Of a stretch of 64,000 nt of DNA, positions 39,388-49,995 are shown one piece after another. The notes under the pieces are model-generated. The model was not told the DNA's origin, did no database searches, and was given only the letters and a program-made list of their open reading frames with translations. Position 1 is the stretch's first letter. Every line of letters begins with the position of its first letter. Source of the stretch: an uncultured Lachnospira sp. (GTDB lineage: Bacteria; Bacillota; Clostridia; Lachnospirales; Lachnospiraceae); assembly GCA_949002095.1 (NCBI GenBank), contig CARJMT010000007.1, forward strand, positions 70,024 through 134,023, in the 5' to 3' direction. The translations under genes were made by a program, and so were the position numbers.

Positions 39388-42300
39388 TTATCTTTTATTT
39401 CTGAAAGCATATTGACTCGCAGTATTAACTAGATTGTTAAGCGCTTCTTCAATCTCACGTGAATCTCTCACGTTAGGGAATGAAGCATCAATATGTACAT
39501 TCTGTTCAAGAGCCTCAGAGTCCGTGGAAATGCCACTTGTAGGCACTGCGAATCCAGATGAAAGTCCAAACAATCTATCCATAACATTCGCATTCAAATT
39601 ATTCAGCATACCCGCCATATCTCTAACAATGCCAATGGCTGTTAAGAAATTAGCTGTATCATCATCATTCAATACGAGTTCTTTCTTATGTAAGAATGCT
39701 AGCTTTCCACTACTGTCTCCCCAGTCTCCTGTATATCCACCAGTATCATATCCACTAATCTGGCTTTGAGTCAACCATCCATACGCGGAATCTGATGACT
39801 GTACGTGAATAGGTTTAGGTGCGCCTGGATTTATATTGGTAATCGTAACCTTTTTACCAGGTCCGCGGCTTCCAGTAGGTTTTGTTCCGTATGAGTCATA
39901 ATAGTATAATCCACCTGTATAGGTTACTACGTCACCAACTCTAGGAACTCCATCTCCTCCGCCTCCAGAACCAGAACCAGAATCTCCGCCTGAACCACTT
40001 CCGCCGCCTGAGCCTCCACCACCAGAATCTGATGCGGCTGCCGCAGCAGCGGCTGCTTTCTGAGCTTGGACGAATGCATAAGCGGCTTCAGTTGCAGCTA
40101 CAGCTGCGGCTTGAGCTTCTTCGTACTTAGCTATCAAATCTTCTAATTGAGCAATGACATCTAATATCGCATCTATCTCTTCCATGTACTTGTTAATTAA
40201 ATCATCATTCGCATATAATAAATCTTGTGCTTTCTCTATGTTCTCATCATAGCCCTCAGATATAGCGTCAAAGTCAACGCCTGCCGCGCTCTCTAACTCA
40301 TCAAGTGAATCTTGATAATCATGAGTAGCTTGGTCTAATTCTTCAAATGCGTCTTTACATGTAGGAATAAATCCGCCCTCTCCTGCGAACACATCCGCCA
40401 TGTGCTGTACGCCTGAATCCCACTGAGGAATTAAATCATTGATAACTAAATCCTTTTCAGCATCGGTTAAATCTCTAAATGCTTCTATATCTTTACCTGT
40501 CATCTCTCTAAAGGAATCCGCATCTGCCGCGTATAATCCTTCAAGAGCCATGAATGTAGATTCATGTAGGTTTTGTTTAATGGTCTCGTTCTGTTCAACT
40601 AAACCGTTGATTAACTCTCCATATTGCTCTTGTAGTAACTTAGCTCTTTCTTGCCTCTCTTCATCAGTCAATGACATATCAGACATAATTTCCGCATACT
40701 TTTCTTGGAACTCTACATAGTATTCATAAATCTCGTTTAAATTCTCTTTATACTTCTCTTTGTCAAAATTATACAAATCATTCTGTGCGGCAAGTAAATC
40801 TTGCTGTGCTTGAGCAATGCTATCTTCGTCAGAAACAAATTGATAACTATAATTTCCTTGAGAATCACGTCTCAATCTCATTTTTGACTTATTTTGTTGA
40901 GCTTCTTCAAGTGCAATCTGCTTTAACGCAATCTCGTACATCATATTAGCACGGTCTACATCATATTGCGTTAATTTATCTTTATCCTTCAACATACCTA
41001 ATTGCTCATTCATCATGTCATTTAGTTTCTGTTGCGCGGATAAGCTATCTGTCTGGTCTAAAGCTTCAAGGTACTTATTTTCCAAATCCTGAATAGCATA
41101 CAAGCTATTGATAGTATCTAAGTACTGGTCAGCATTCTTATTGATTAAATCCCATTCATCATTTACATAATCTAATCCTTTTCCGTTTGTTACTTTCTTA
41201 TTTAATTCATCAAATGCTTTATTGATAGCGTTCTGGTATTTATCAATAAGGTTCTGGATAGAATCTTCAACCTTTTCGTTTAACTTCTCTAAGGCATCCA
41301 TCCATTCCTCTTCCCATTTCTCTTTAGCTTTAGGGTCAGTTTCCTTTTGCATCATTTCTTCTGCATATGCTACACGTTTCTTTAAAAAGTCTAATTCTTG
41401 ATTATTATTCTGTTCAATCTTCTCATAATATTGTGCCATTTGAGCATATGCTTTATCGCCATAGATAAGTCCAACCACATTCATATCATGGTCTAACAAG
41501 TCCTTGATATATTCATACTGGTCTACTTGCTTATCAAAGGCTTCAACCGCTTCATCAATCATATCTAGGTAAGATTCTTTTATTTCATCAACTAAGTCAA
41601 CAATATCTTCCAATTGTTCTCTTAATTCATCGTAATATTTTTCCAAATCTTCCATAGCTTGAGCTTTGTTATCGCCATAGACGTCCGCCCAGCCACTCTC
41701 ATCGATTTGTCGAATCTGGTCCATAGTATCATTAATTTGTTCAGTCAACTTCTGGATAGGTCCAATACCAGTTCCTTCTGTATCGAAATAAGAAGTATAA
41801 TCTTTTAGCTTAGACCTAGCCATATCTACAATATCATCATCTTTAATTCCATCTATAACCTTACGCTTAAATTCATTGAACTCTCTCTCAGCTTCCGCCA
41901 TATCAAGTCTTAATTCAACTTCCATGGTGAACTTCTGAATGTTAATTTCAATTTCTTTATCAATAGCGTCTTGGATAGCATCCTCAATGTCAGGAATAAA
42001 TGAAGATATTAACTCGTCATAACGTTCCATCTGAGACTTAAATGTCTCATAATCTTTCTTCGCGGCTTCTACTGTTTCCTTGAAGCCTTCTTGCTCTTCC
42101 GCGGACATAGCATTATATTGAGCAATAACACTATTTACATAATCTAATTTAGCTTGTAAAGCAGATGCATAGTTAGTCATGTATCCATCAGAATCAAAAG
42201 AAACTCCTTGCATAGCAAGCATATTTCTTAATTCTTGAGCTTCTTCTTTAGCAATTTGAAGTTTAACTCCGTAAGCAGCTTTCTGTTTCTCTAAAACATC

Positions 42301-45300
42301 TAATTGTGCATTTAAGTTATTGATTAAATCTTTTCCATATAATTTCTTTTGCTGCTTATTTAATCTATCTAAATTGGTTTCAAGGTCTTCAAGTTCCAGA
42401 TTGATGTCGTGATATCTATCGGCAACATCCTCAAGATAATCCATTTTATCTGGGTCTTTTTCTTTCTTACTTGAACCTTTCTTTCCACTACTCTTACCTG
42501 GAGATTTTCCGCCTTTATTAGAAGATGAGTAGTTATTTGAAGAACCAGTTGCTTTCTTCGTGATACCATTGATAACTGGAGTTTTTCCATTTGTAGACAT
42601 AGCAATGGCATCCATCTTACCTTCAGCTTCATAGAAACCATCTTGGTAAGTATTGGTTCTAGTTCTAACCCATGTCATTTCAGTTCCATCTGGCATTGTT
42701 TGAGTTCTTGTACCATCGTCTACTGTTTCAGTTACATACTTTGGAACTCTCTGTACAGTTGGAACTTTTTGAGTAGCAAAGTTAGCTTCAAATCCCATTG
42801 CATCGAATAATGCATTTACCTGCTCTACTGTCATATTCGCAGATTGAATTAGTTCATTCATCTTATTGACAAAATCACCGTCATCAACAGTAGCTCCAAC
42901 CTCAATATCTTGTAGGTTATCAACTAACCACTGATAATCTGCCATAATTTCATCAGCACTAGCAGACAATTCATTATTTAATAAAATATTTGCAATAATA
43001 TCATCAGCTAACGCGGCTTTCAAGCTATCAATAGCTTCTTCGCTACCTTCAGCCGCTTCTTTAATTAGGTCTAAATGTTCAAGAATAAAATCATTAGATA
43101 CAAAGTCAGAACTTACATCTAACAAGTCTGCGACTGCATCTTTAGTATTTATCATAGCGTCGGCAAATTCTTCGCTAGTCTCAGTACTATTTTGAAGAAT
43201 ATCTGACCAATCCTCGAAATTATCTGCTAAAGTATCAATAGCGTCGTTCATCTTCATGATTCCCTTAGCTACTATCTTAGCCTCCTCGTCGGTCATCTGG
43301 CTATTGAAGCCTTCCATATTCTCAGCTGCCTCTTGTAAGTAATCAGCGTAGTTCTTTAACTCTTCTGAATCTAAGTTTTCAATATCTAAAGCTTCATCTA
43401 ATGAAATTGCAGCTTGAGTAAAAGCTTCTGCGGAGATAGTTCCATCTTCCATAGCCGCTTTTAGGTCTTTCATATTATCATATGAATATGCAATAGCCAA
43501 ATCCCAACCGTCTATTGTTTCATTATTAGCTTGAATTGTTCCACTTAAATTCTCGAATGCATCTGAACATCCAGATACAGCGTCTGCAATTTCTTGTAGA
43601 CTTTCAACGTTTTCAAATCTTCCATTGTTTAATTGCTGTTGCCATTGGTCAATCTTTATCTTGGTTTCATCTGACTGGTCACCAAGTTCTCTAATTAAAT
43701 CAATCTGTTGCTGAACTGTAGTAGAATCATACTTATTCTCACCTTGTTCATTTTGATAATTAGCATTATTTGACAACCCTTCAAAATCATAACCTAATAA
43801 CTTAGTTAAATCATCGTTATTACTTGATAAAAGATTTTTCTGATTGATAGCTTCTTCAATTAAACTCTGTTGAGCTGCTTGCTGGAACTCTTCGGCACTT
43901 CCAATTAACTTGTATGTGCCATCTAACATCTGAGTAAAGTATTTCTGAGATTCTTCGTCTAATAGAGCATAATCCTCTGCATCAATACTATCTCCAGTTT
44001 CGATACCATCCATAAACTTATGAATAGCCGCATACTTTTCTTGGAAATCTCCTAAAGAATTTACTACGTCTCTAATTCCTTGTGCGAAATCTTCTAACGT
44101 TCCCGCTTCGTAAGCTTCAATTGCCTCATCTAATTTTCCATAAGCTGAAGCTAATTCAAATATATTCGCAATATCTCTCATTTCTGCTAAAGACAAATCT
44201 GATGTATCTATCTTAGCAAAAGCGTCTTGCACAGAATATGCCATACCTTTAGTGATATTTTGTACATTTTCATTCCAGGTATTTATAGCATTATCTCTTA
44301 ATTCTTCTAATTCTTCTACAGAACCAAAACCAAGAGTAGCCAATGTATCTTCAGATAACTCACTGAAATCAGAATCAGCTAGAGCCTTAATCTCATCTCC
44401 AGTTAAATTACTTAAATCATCAACTTTCAGCGCAAAGTTTGCTAGAGCATCTTCTACATTTTGATTTTCAACAGTAGAAGTTCCTGCTAATTCAGAAATT
44501 GCTTGAACATATTTTTCTATATCTGCGGTTGCCGCCTCTTGAGCATCCTTCTGAGCTAATGCAGCACGTGCTACAGAGTCAGAAATTTCCGTCAATTCGC
44601 CGTTAATAGAATATTGACCAATGTTACCATTCTTATTAGCAACCCAGTCGTATCCCATCATATCAGCATAGGCTTGCTGAATTTCTTTATCTGTCTTTTT
44701 TTTTCCAAACCATTTATCTTTATATTCGTCAGAATACTTATCTACATATAAGTCATTTGCTTGCTGACCAACTAATTGAGATAACTGATTTTCAAATTTA
44801 CTACCCTCATACTTAGTTCCTTCCAACATGGATTGACCAAGCTGTTGAGCATAAATTAAGTTACTTTCAGTATTAGCTTGCACCTTATCAGATAAAGTAA
44901 TAAGTGCGTCTTTATTCTCTAATACTGCGTTGGCTTCTAGTTTTGTAATACCAGCCGCCTCGGCTAAAGCATCGCTATTTTCAAGGATACTTAAACCATT
45001 TTCGTTAAGCGCGTCCAATATCTTATTTGTAGAAGCACTTGATAAAGTTGACCCAGTATAGTTCTCATTATACTGTGCCTGGTCAGGGTCAAAGTAACGA
45101 ACTTCCCTTGAGTAATTGGTAATATTAGATTTATTAGCTGCTTCATTAGACATAGCATTCGCCATCAATGAAGAACGATATGCTTCCTGTACTTTCTTAG
45201 TCTGAGCTTCTAATAAAGCATCTTGACCTTGTTTGCTAATTTCTAATAAACCATTATCATTGCTAATATACTTAGCTAATTCTGGATAAGTTTCTAATAG

Positions 45301-48183
45301 CTCCAAAACCTGTTCATTTAAAGACTGAACTGCGCTCTTCCACTCATCAGTTCCTTTAACTAATTCATCTAATCCATCTCTAGCGTCTTGATAATTAGCA
45401 ATAGTATTTGTTAAACCCTCATATGACTGTCTTAATTCATCATATGCGGATTTTAACTCTTTCGCGGTTTCAGCTGCTTCCTTAGCGGCAGTAGCATCTG
45501 CATTCCACGCATCTATACTTAATTTAACAATAGCAATCAAACCACCGATAGCTGCGGCAACTGCAATTATGATAGGTAAGATTGGTGCTAAAGCTGTCCA
45601 TAACATTCCTACTGCCGCAGTTAAACTTGTAGTTGCAGCGGTTGCTCCAATTTCTGCACCAGTTACTCCAGCTAAACTTAAAGCTACTGTAGATAGACCT
45701 GTAGCTAATCTTGGAATAATCTTAGCAATGTTAGTGAAGTTCATTATCAACATTGGTAAAGAGAATAACAATGTAGTAATGATAGCTTGAGCCTTTTCTC
45801 CTGCTGTTAAATCTTGGTTATTTAATGTCTGTATAATACCAGATAGTGTAGTCATTAAAGATACTACAGTCATTAAAACAGAAACCGCCTGAGACAGTAA
45901 CTGCTGTCTTTTAGCTTGTTCTGTCGTTTGGTCAATAATTCTCTGTCGAGCCTGTTGCTCTTGTTGTAACTGTTCTAAATGACCATTCTCTATATTCTGT
46001 CTATACTGTAATGCTTGATTAGCGTCAGCAATACCTTGCTCACTCTGCTGAATAAGACTTCTTTGTTGCTCAATTAAATTATTAAGCTCGCCTTCTTCTA
46101 AAGCTTCATTTTGAACTGTTTCCAAAATCTGTAACTGTTCAGATGAAATTCCTGCTAATAATTCCGCGGTTTCACTATTTTCGTTAAAGATTTCTTCTCC
46201 CAGTTGAGCAATTCTTGTACTGTGAGCCATCCAAGTCTCTTCAGACTGATTACATAATTCTAAGTACTCTAGTAAGTTTTTTTGGACTTGCACTTCCTGT
46301 TGTTTAAACTCAATACGATTAGTAATAGTTTGAGTACTATCTTTTTCAGTAAGGTCAATTCCTTTTAATAACTTACCATAATTAGTCGTTTCTTGGATTT
46401 CTTGTTCCAATAATCCAATTTTCTGTTGCTCAGCAGTCAACTCATTATACTGCTCAGATGTTAATGCTTTACGAACTTGTAGCAACTGATTAGCAATAGC
46501 CGCTTCTTTCTCAACAGCCGCTTCATTCGTAACATTCTGACCAGATACAGCATGAGCATCAATAATCTGCTGTTTCATAGCAATAGCATCTAAATTTGCA
46601 CGATAAGCGTCGAGATTAGATAAACTTTGCCCTATAGCTCTACCAATCTGATTACTAAAGATATTAGCAACAACACTGCCCATATGGACAATAGAGTTCA
46701 TACCACCATTTAAACCAGTTAAATAGTTATTAAAAACCTCTAATGCTCCTGTCGCAACATCCATAAAACCATTTACAGTATCCTGGTCAAATAAAATATC
46801 ATAAGTTTTATCTGCTTCAGTTCTTAATTGTTCTAAATGCGCGGCGGTAGATTCCATATAAATATCTTGCTGATGCTGTAATGTACCAACAGCGTTAATA
46901 GAAGTATTAACAGCTTCGTTATACATATCCCAGTTTTCAAATAAAGCTAGCAAGTTATTATACTGCCTCTTACCTGCTAAGTCAATAGCTAAAGCCTGCT
47001 TCTCAGCATCAGACCAAGCTCCACTATTCCATTTATTACCAACTTCTTCAATAACCTCTCCAAGGTCTTTCATAGAACCTTTTGCATCTAAGATATAAAC
47101 ACCCATAGACTCAAGAGAAGAAGATACTTCACCTAATGAAACACCGAACTCATCCTCTCCGTCTAACTCCAAGTCTTCCATACGCGCAAAGATAGTCTTA
47201 AACGCGGTACCTGCTGACTCTGGCGCTTGACGAGTTACAGATATAACTGTAGATAACATACCATTTAATTTATCTACATCTACACCCATCGCGGCTGCTG
47301 CTGACGCCACCTTGCTCATACCTACTGATAATTCTTCTAGGTCTGATGCGGTTGTAGCAGCCACTGCCGCTAATTTGTCAACATATGCTTCAGTTTCTTC
47401 TGCTGTAACCTTATAACCGTTCCATACGGCAGTAAGTTGCTCTGAAACTTCTTCACCAGTCTGACCAGTTACGTTAGCAGCTTTTAATGTAGTCTCAGCT
47501 CTTGCTTGAGCTTCTTTATCAGATAAACCTTGCTGATAGTAAATCAAAGATGCTTGTGTATAATCAAGCGTACTAGCACCTAAAGCTTTTGCTGCATTAT
47601 TAGCTTGTCTAGCAAAAGTTTCTATACTTTCAGCACTCTTATCTGTTACAATACGAATATCATTTAATGAACTATCTAAGTTCTTTGTATAGTTATATGC
47701 TTTTTGAATAGAGCCAGTAATGCTATTAAAGATACTAGATGTAACACCCCATTTTACAGTGTTAGCCATCGTAGTAGCCATATTATCCAAAAGCTTATTA
47801 GTTTGTTTCAACTGTAAGTTTGTATTTAAAACATTACTAGCAAATTTATTGTATGCAGTTGCGGCAGTTGTAGCTCCTGTACTACCCGCACTTCCTGCTA
47901 AGGTAAAAGAAGCTCTTAACTGTTCAACACTACCATAAGTAGCTTTAATGCTATTATTTAATTTACTTAAATCAAGTTGATTTAATTTACCATTCCAAGC
48001 ATCATTAAGAATAGTCTGTAACTGTTGAGCCGCTTTAGATGCTTCCTTTAACTCATTAGTTAAAGTTCCAGCTTTTGATGCCTTATTAGCTTCTAATTGG
48101 ACTTGTCTTAAAGCGGTTTGAATTTCATTTAAACCTGCTTTGTCAACAGTATAACCAACTTGAATGTCAATTCTATTAGCCAT
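39388..48183 (-). CDS. Tail tape-measure protein (2931 aa)
   Basis: Very long coiled-coil-rich protein; hydrophobic Ala/Gly/Ile-rich segments; C-terminal KLAFLHKKELVLNDDD tape-measure-type motif; Gly/Ser linker; lies between the tail-chaperone region and the tail-tip genes. Confidence 0.8.
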   Translation of the reverse strand: MANRIDIQVGYTVDKAGLNEIQTALRQVQLEANKASKAGTLTNELKEASKAAQQLQTILNDAWNGKLNQLDLSKLNNSIKATYGSVEQLRASFTLAGSAGSTGATTAATAYNKFASNVLNTNLQLKQTNKLLDNMATTMANTVKWGVTSSIFNSITGSIQKAYNYTKNLDSSLNDIRIVTDKSAESIETFARQANNAAKALGASTLDYTQASLIYYQQGLSDKEAQARAETTLKAANVTGQTGEEVSEQLTAVWNGYKVTAEETEAYVDKLAAVAATTASDLEELSVGMSKVASAAAAMGVDVDKLNGMLSTVISVTRQAPESAGTAFKTIFARMEDLELDGEDEFGVSLGEVSSSLESMGVYILDAKGSMKDLGEVIEEVGNKWNSGAWSDAEKQALAIDLAGKRQYNNLLALFENWDMYNEAVNTSINAVGTLQHQQDIYMESTAAHLEQLRTEADKTYDILFDQDTVNGFMDVATGALEVFNNYLTGLNGGMNSIVHMGSVVANIFSNQIGRAIGQSLSNLDAYRANLDAIAMKQQIIDAHAVSGQNVTNEAAVEKEAAIANQLLQVRKALTSEQYNELTAEQQKIGLLEQEIQETTNYGKLLKGIDLTEKDSTQTITNRIEFKQQEVQVQKNLLEYLELCNQSEETWMAHSTRIAQLGEEIFNENSETAELLAGISSEQLQILETVQNEALEEGELNNLIEQQRSLIQQSEQGIADANQALQYRQNIENGHLEQLQQEQQARQRIIDQTTEQAKRQQLLSQAVSVLMTVVSLMTTLSGIIQTLNNQDLTAGEKAQAIITTLLFSLPMLIMNFTNIAKIIPRLATGLSTVALSLAGVTGAEIGATAATTSLTAAVGMLWTALAPILPIIIAVAAAIGGLIAIVKLSIDAWNADATAAKEAAETAKELKSAYDELRQSYEGLTNTIANYQDARDGLDELVKGTDEWKSAVQSLNEQVLELLETYPELAKYISNDNGLLEISKQGQDALLEAQTKKVQEAYRSSLMANAMSNEAANKSNITNYSREVRYFDPDQAQYNENYTGSTLSSASTNKILDALNENGLSILENSDALAEAAGITKLEANAVLENKDALITLSDKVQANTESNLIYAQQLGQSMLEGTKYEGSKFENQLSQLVGQQANDLYVDKYSDEYKDKWFGKKKTDKEIQQAYADMMGYDWVANKNGNIGQYSINGELTEISDSVARAALAQKDAQEAATADIEKYVQAISELAGTSTVENQNVEDALANFALKVDDLSNLTGDEIKALADSDFSELSEDTLATLGFGSVEELEELRDNAINTWNENVQNITKGMAYSVQDAFAKIDTSDLSLAEMRDIANIFELASAYGKLDEAIEAYEAGTLEDFAQGIRDVVNSLGDFQEKYAAIHKFMDGIETGDSIDAEDYALLDEESQKYFTQMLDGTYKLIGSAEEFQQAAQQSLIEEAINQKNLLSSNNDDLTKLLGYDFEGLSNNANYQNEQGENKYDSTTVQQQIDLIRELGDQSDETKIKIDQWQQQLNNGRFENVESLQEIADAVSGCSDAFENLSGTIQANNETIDGWDLAIAYSYDNMKDLKAAMEDGTISAEAFTQAAISLDEALDIENLDSEELKNYADYLQEAAENMEGFNSQMTDEEAKIVAKGIMKMNDAIDTLADNFEDWSDILQNSTETSEEFADAMINTKDAVADLLDVSSDFVSNDFILEHLDLIKEAAEGSEEAIDSLKAALADDIIANILLNNELSASADEIMADYQWLVDNLQDIEVGATVDDGDFVNKMNELIQSANMTVEQVNALFDAMGFEANFATQKVPTVQRVPKYVTETVDDGTRTQTMPDGTEMTWVRTRTNTYQDGFYEAEGKMDAIAMSTNGKTPVINGITKKATGSSNNYSSSNKGGKSPGKSSGKKGSSKKEKDPDKMDYLEDVADRYHDINLELEDLETNLDRLNKQQKKLYGKDLINNLNAQLDVLEKQKAAYGVKLQIAKEEAQELRNMLAMQGVSFDSDGYMTNYASALQAKLDYVNSVIAQYNAMSAEEQEGFKETVEAAKKDYETFKSQMERYDELISSFIPDIEDAIQDAIDKEIEINIQKFTMEVELRLDMAEAEREFNEFKRKVIDGIKDDDIVDMARSKLKDYTSYFDTEGTGIGPIQKLTEQINDTMDQIRQIDESGWADVYGDNKAQAMEDLEKYYDELREQLEDIVDLVDEIKESYLDMIDEAVEAFDKQVDQYEYIKDLLDHDMNVVGLIYGDKAYAQMAQYYEKIEQNNNQELDFLKKRVAYAEEMMQKETDPKAKEKWEEEWMDALEKLNEKVEDSIQNLIDKYQNAINKAFDELNKKVTNGKGLDYVNDEWDLINKNADQYLDTINSLYAIQDLENKYLEALDQTDSLSAQQKLNDMMNEQLGMLKDKDKLTQYDVDRANMMYEIALKQIALEEAQQNKSKMRLRRDSQGNYSYQFVSDEDSIAQAQQDLLAAQNDLYNFDKEKYKENLNEIYEYYVEFQEKYAEIMSDMSLTDEERQERAKLLQEQYGELINGLVEQNETIKQNLHESTFMALEGLYAADADSFREMTGKDIEAFRDLTDAEKDLVINDLIPQWDSGVQHMADVFAGEGGFIPTCKDAFEELDQATHDYQDSLDELESAAGVDFDAISEGYDENIEKAQDLLYANDDLINKYMEEIDAILDVIAQLEDLIAKYEEAQAAAVAATEAAYAFVQAQKAAAAAAAASDSGGGGSGGGSGSGGDSGSGSGGGGDGVPRVGDVVTYTGGLYYYDSYGTKPTGSRGPGKKVTITNINPGAPKPIHVQSSDSAYGWLTQSQISGYDTGGYTGDWGDSSGKLAFLHKKELVLNDDDTANFLTAIGIVRDMAGMLNNLNANVMDRLFGLSSGFAVPTSGISTDSEALEQNVHIDASFPNVRDSREIEEALNNLVNTASQYAFRNKR

Positions 48184-48211
48184 CTATCTCCTTTTTCCTC
48201 CTAATTTTCTC

Positions 48212-48255
48212 AATAAAATAAAGCCTTTACTACCAATATATGATAGTAAAGGCTT
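48212..48255 (-). terminator. Hairpin (11-bp perfect stem) plus a U-tract between the upstream gene and the tape-measure start; possible attenuator or partial terminator
   Basis: aagcctttact / agtaaaggctt at 48221-48255. Confidence 0.45.
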
Positions 48256-48260
48256 ATGTT

Positions 48261-48890
48261 TTAATCTATTTTGCCCGCCTCATCAACAGGCTCAATATTC
48301 TGTCTTAACCCTCTTAATGGTCTACCACCATTAGCAGCTTCTGCGAATTGGATAACTTGTTCATATTTTTCTGGATTGAATGACTCTACGATTCTTGATG
48401 CGGCTTCCGCGTTCTTAGGTAAGTCATTGATAAGACTTTGAATCACAGCTCCCGCAGTAGTACGATAGTTCATGTAATCACTTACTGTGTCTTGCATCAT
48501 TTGGAATAAATAATTATATTCCTCATCTTCAATAGCATTCATAAACTGATAAATAAAACCTTGACTTGCCAAGCAATCATATAGTTTTAATTCATTCTCT
48601 CTTTGCTTATCTGTAAAAGATAAATTAGTATACATATACACTAAATGCAGATGGAAATAAATATCTAATTTTAATGGATTATAAACTCCATTTTCCTCTG
48701 CTTTCTGTAATGTAATCATTACTAAATCATATTTATCTTCAACAGGAAGATACTTTAAAACTTCAATCTTATTTCCTTCAAAATCAAAAGTATTAACAGA
48801 TGTATCTACTTTTAATTTCATATTAGCATAACTAACTTTTCCCATAATTCTTTTCTCCTTTTGTCTCAATCTATAATAATTATACCACAA
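48261..48890 (-). CDS. Putative tail assembly chaperone
   Basis: Position immediately upstream of the tape-measure gene. Confidence 0.35.
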   Translation of the reverse strand: MWYNYYRLRQKEKRIMGKVSYANMKLKVDTSVNTFDFEGNKIEVLKYLPVEDKYDLVMITLQKAEENGVYNPLKLDIYFHLHLVYMYTNLSFTDKQRENELKLYDCLASQGFIYQFMNAIEDEEYNYLFQMMQDTVSDYMNYRTTAGAVIQSLINDLPKNAEAASRIVESFNPEKYEQVIQFAEAANGGRPLRGLRQNIEPVDEAGKID

Positions 48891-48909
48891 AAATTTTCTT
48901 TTGTCAAGA

Positions 48910-49944
48910 TTAACCCTTATTTATTCTAGCTTCTATTGCTTTAAGCGTTTCTTCTGTAACCTCTTCCAATTTTCCATTTAACATTTTTACCATGTTCTGT
49001 TGACCTTCAGATTGTAATTTCTGTTTCAAATCTAATAGATACTGTTTTATATCGGCAGCTTCTAACATTTCTTTGGCATAATCAATAATTTCCATATAAC
49101 CCATGGCGGTTGCACCCTGGATTTTAATACCATATTCCATGCTGCCCTTGCCAACGTCACCTTGTAGCAAACCAGATGCGTTGTCCGCTAACACAGCACC
49201 ATATTTATTATTGGTCATAAAGTCTTTAACTGCGGGTTCTATCATAGTGCTGAATATATATTCATTAACAAAGAAGTTAAAATAAGCTTCTCCAAGTGCA
49301 CCAGCACCAGATATCCAAGCACCATCCCACTCGCCAGCTTCCTTCCAAAGGATATATGCGGCACCTCTCATTTTTTGCTTTTGCTTACTTATCTTAAAAC
49401 GTGCATATACTTCATCAAATGTAGATTCTAAGTGAGTATCTTTAGCTTTGCTATTATCTATTAGCTTACCCATTTTTGCTATCTTAGACCTGGTATAACG
49501 ACCAGAAATAGCGCCACCTCTTTTAGATGATGCTCTGTCCAAAGTTAAATCTTGTACAGAGTTTTCAACTGCATACATTTGAACTTTATTGTTTCTATCA
49601 AAATATAAAAACATCATCTGCACTTGCTGTCCTAAAAAGGCGTTTGCTTTATTTTGAAAATCGAACACTCTTGACATTAGTTCAGTAAATTCATCTTTTG
49701 TCTTGACAAGTTTTTTATTGAAGTTATATACTGTTTCAATATCTGTTCCAGAACTCATGGCGGCTGCCTGACTTGCAAAATCATTATTCTTGGCTATCAA
49801 TTCTTCTGTATATGCAATCAAATGTTGTGCGGCTTTCTTTACATCATCCGCAGATGCTTGCAAGTCTGATTTCTGCAAAGACTCAATACTAGCTTCTATA
49901 CCCGTTTGAACAGCTTCATTTGCCGCTTGTAGTAATCCATCCAT
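48910..49944 (-). CDS. Putative tail assembly / tail-associated protein
   Basis: Position between the major tail gene and the tape-measure gene. Confidence 0.35.
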   Translation of the reverse strand: MDGLLQAANEAVQTGIEASIESLQKSDLQASADDVKKAAQHLIAYTEELIAKNNDFASQAAAMSSGTDIETVYNFNKKLVKTKDEFTELMSRVFDFQNKANAFLGQQVQMMFLYFDRNNKVQMYAVENSVQDLTLDRASSKRGGAISGRYTRSKIAKMGKLIDNSKAKDTHLESTFDEVYARFKISKQKQKMRGAAYILWKEAGEWDGAWISGAGALGEAYFNFFVNEYIFSTMIEPAVKDFMTNNKYGAVLADNASGLLQGDVGKGSMEYGIKIQGATAMGYMEIIDYAKEMLEAADIKQYLLDLKQKLQSEGQQNMVKMLNGKLEEVTEETLKAIEARINKG

Positions 49945-49952
49945 TTATATCA

Positions 49953-49989
49953 CCTCAAAAAAATAAAGGAGGACTTAAAAAGTCCTCCT
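49953..49989 (-). terminator. Intrinsic terminator after the major tail protein gene
   Basis: aggaggact-taaaa-agtcctcct stem followed by a U-run on the - strand. Confidence 0.7.
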
Positions 49990-49995
49990 ATTTAA

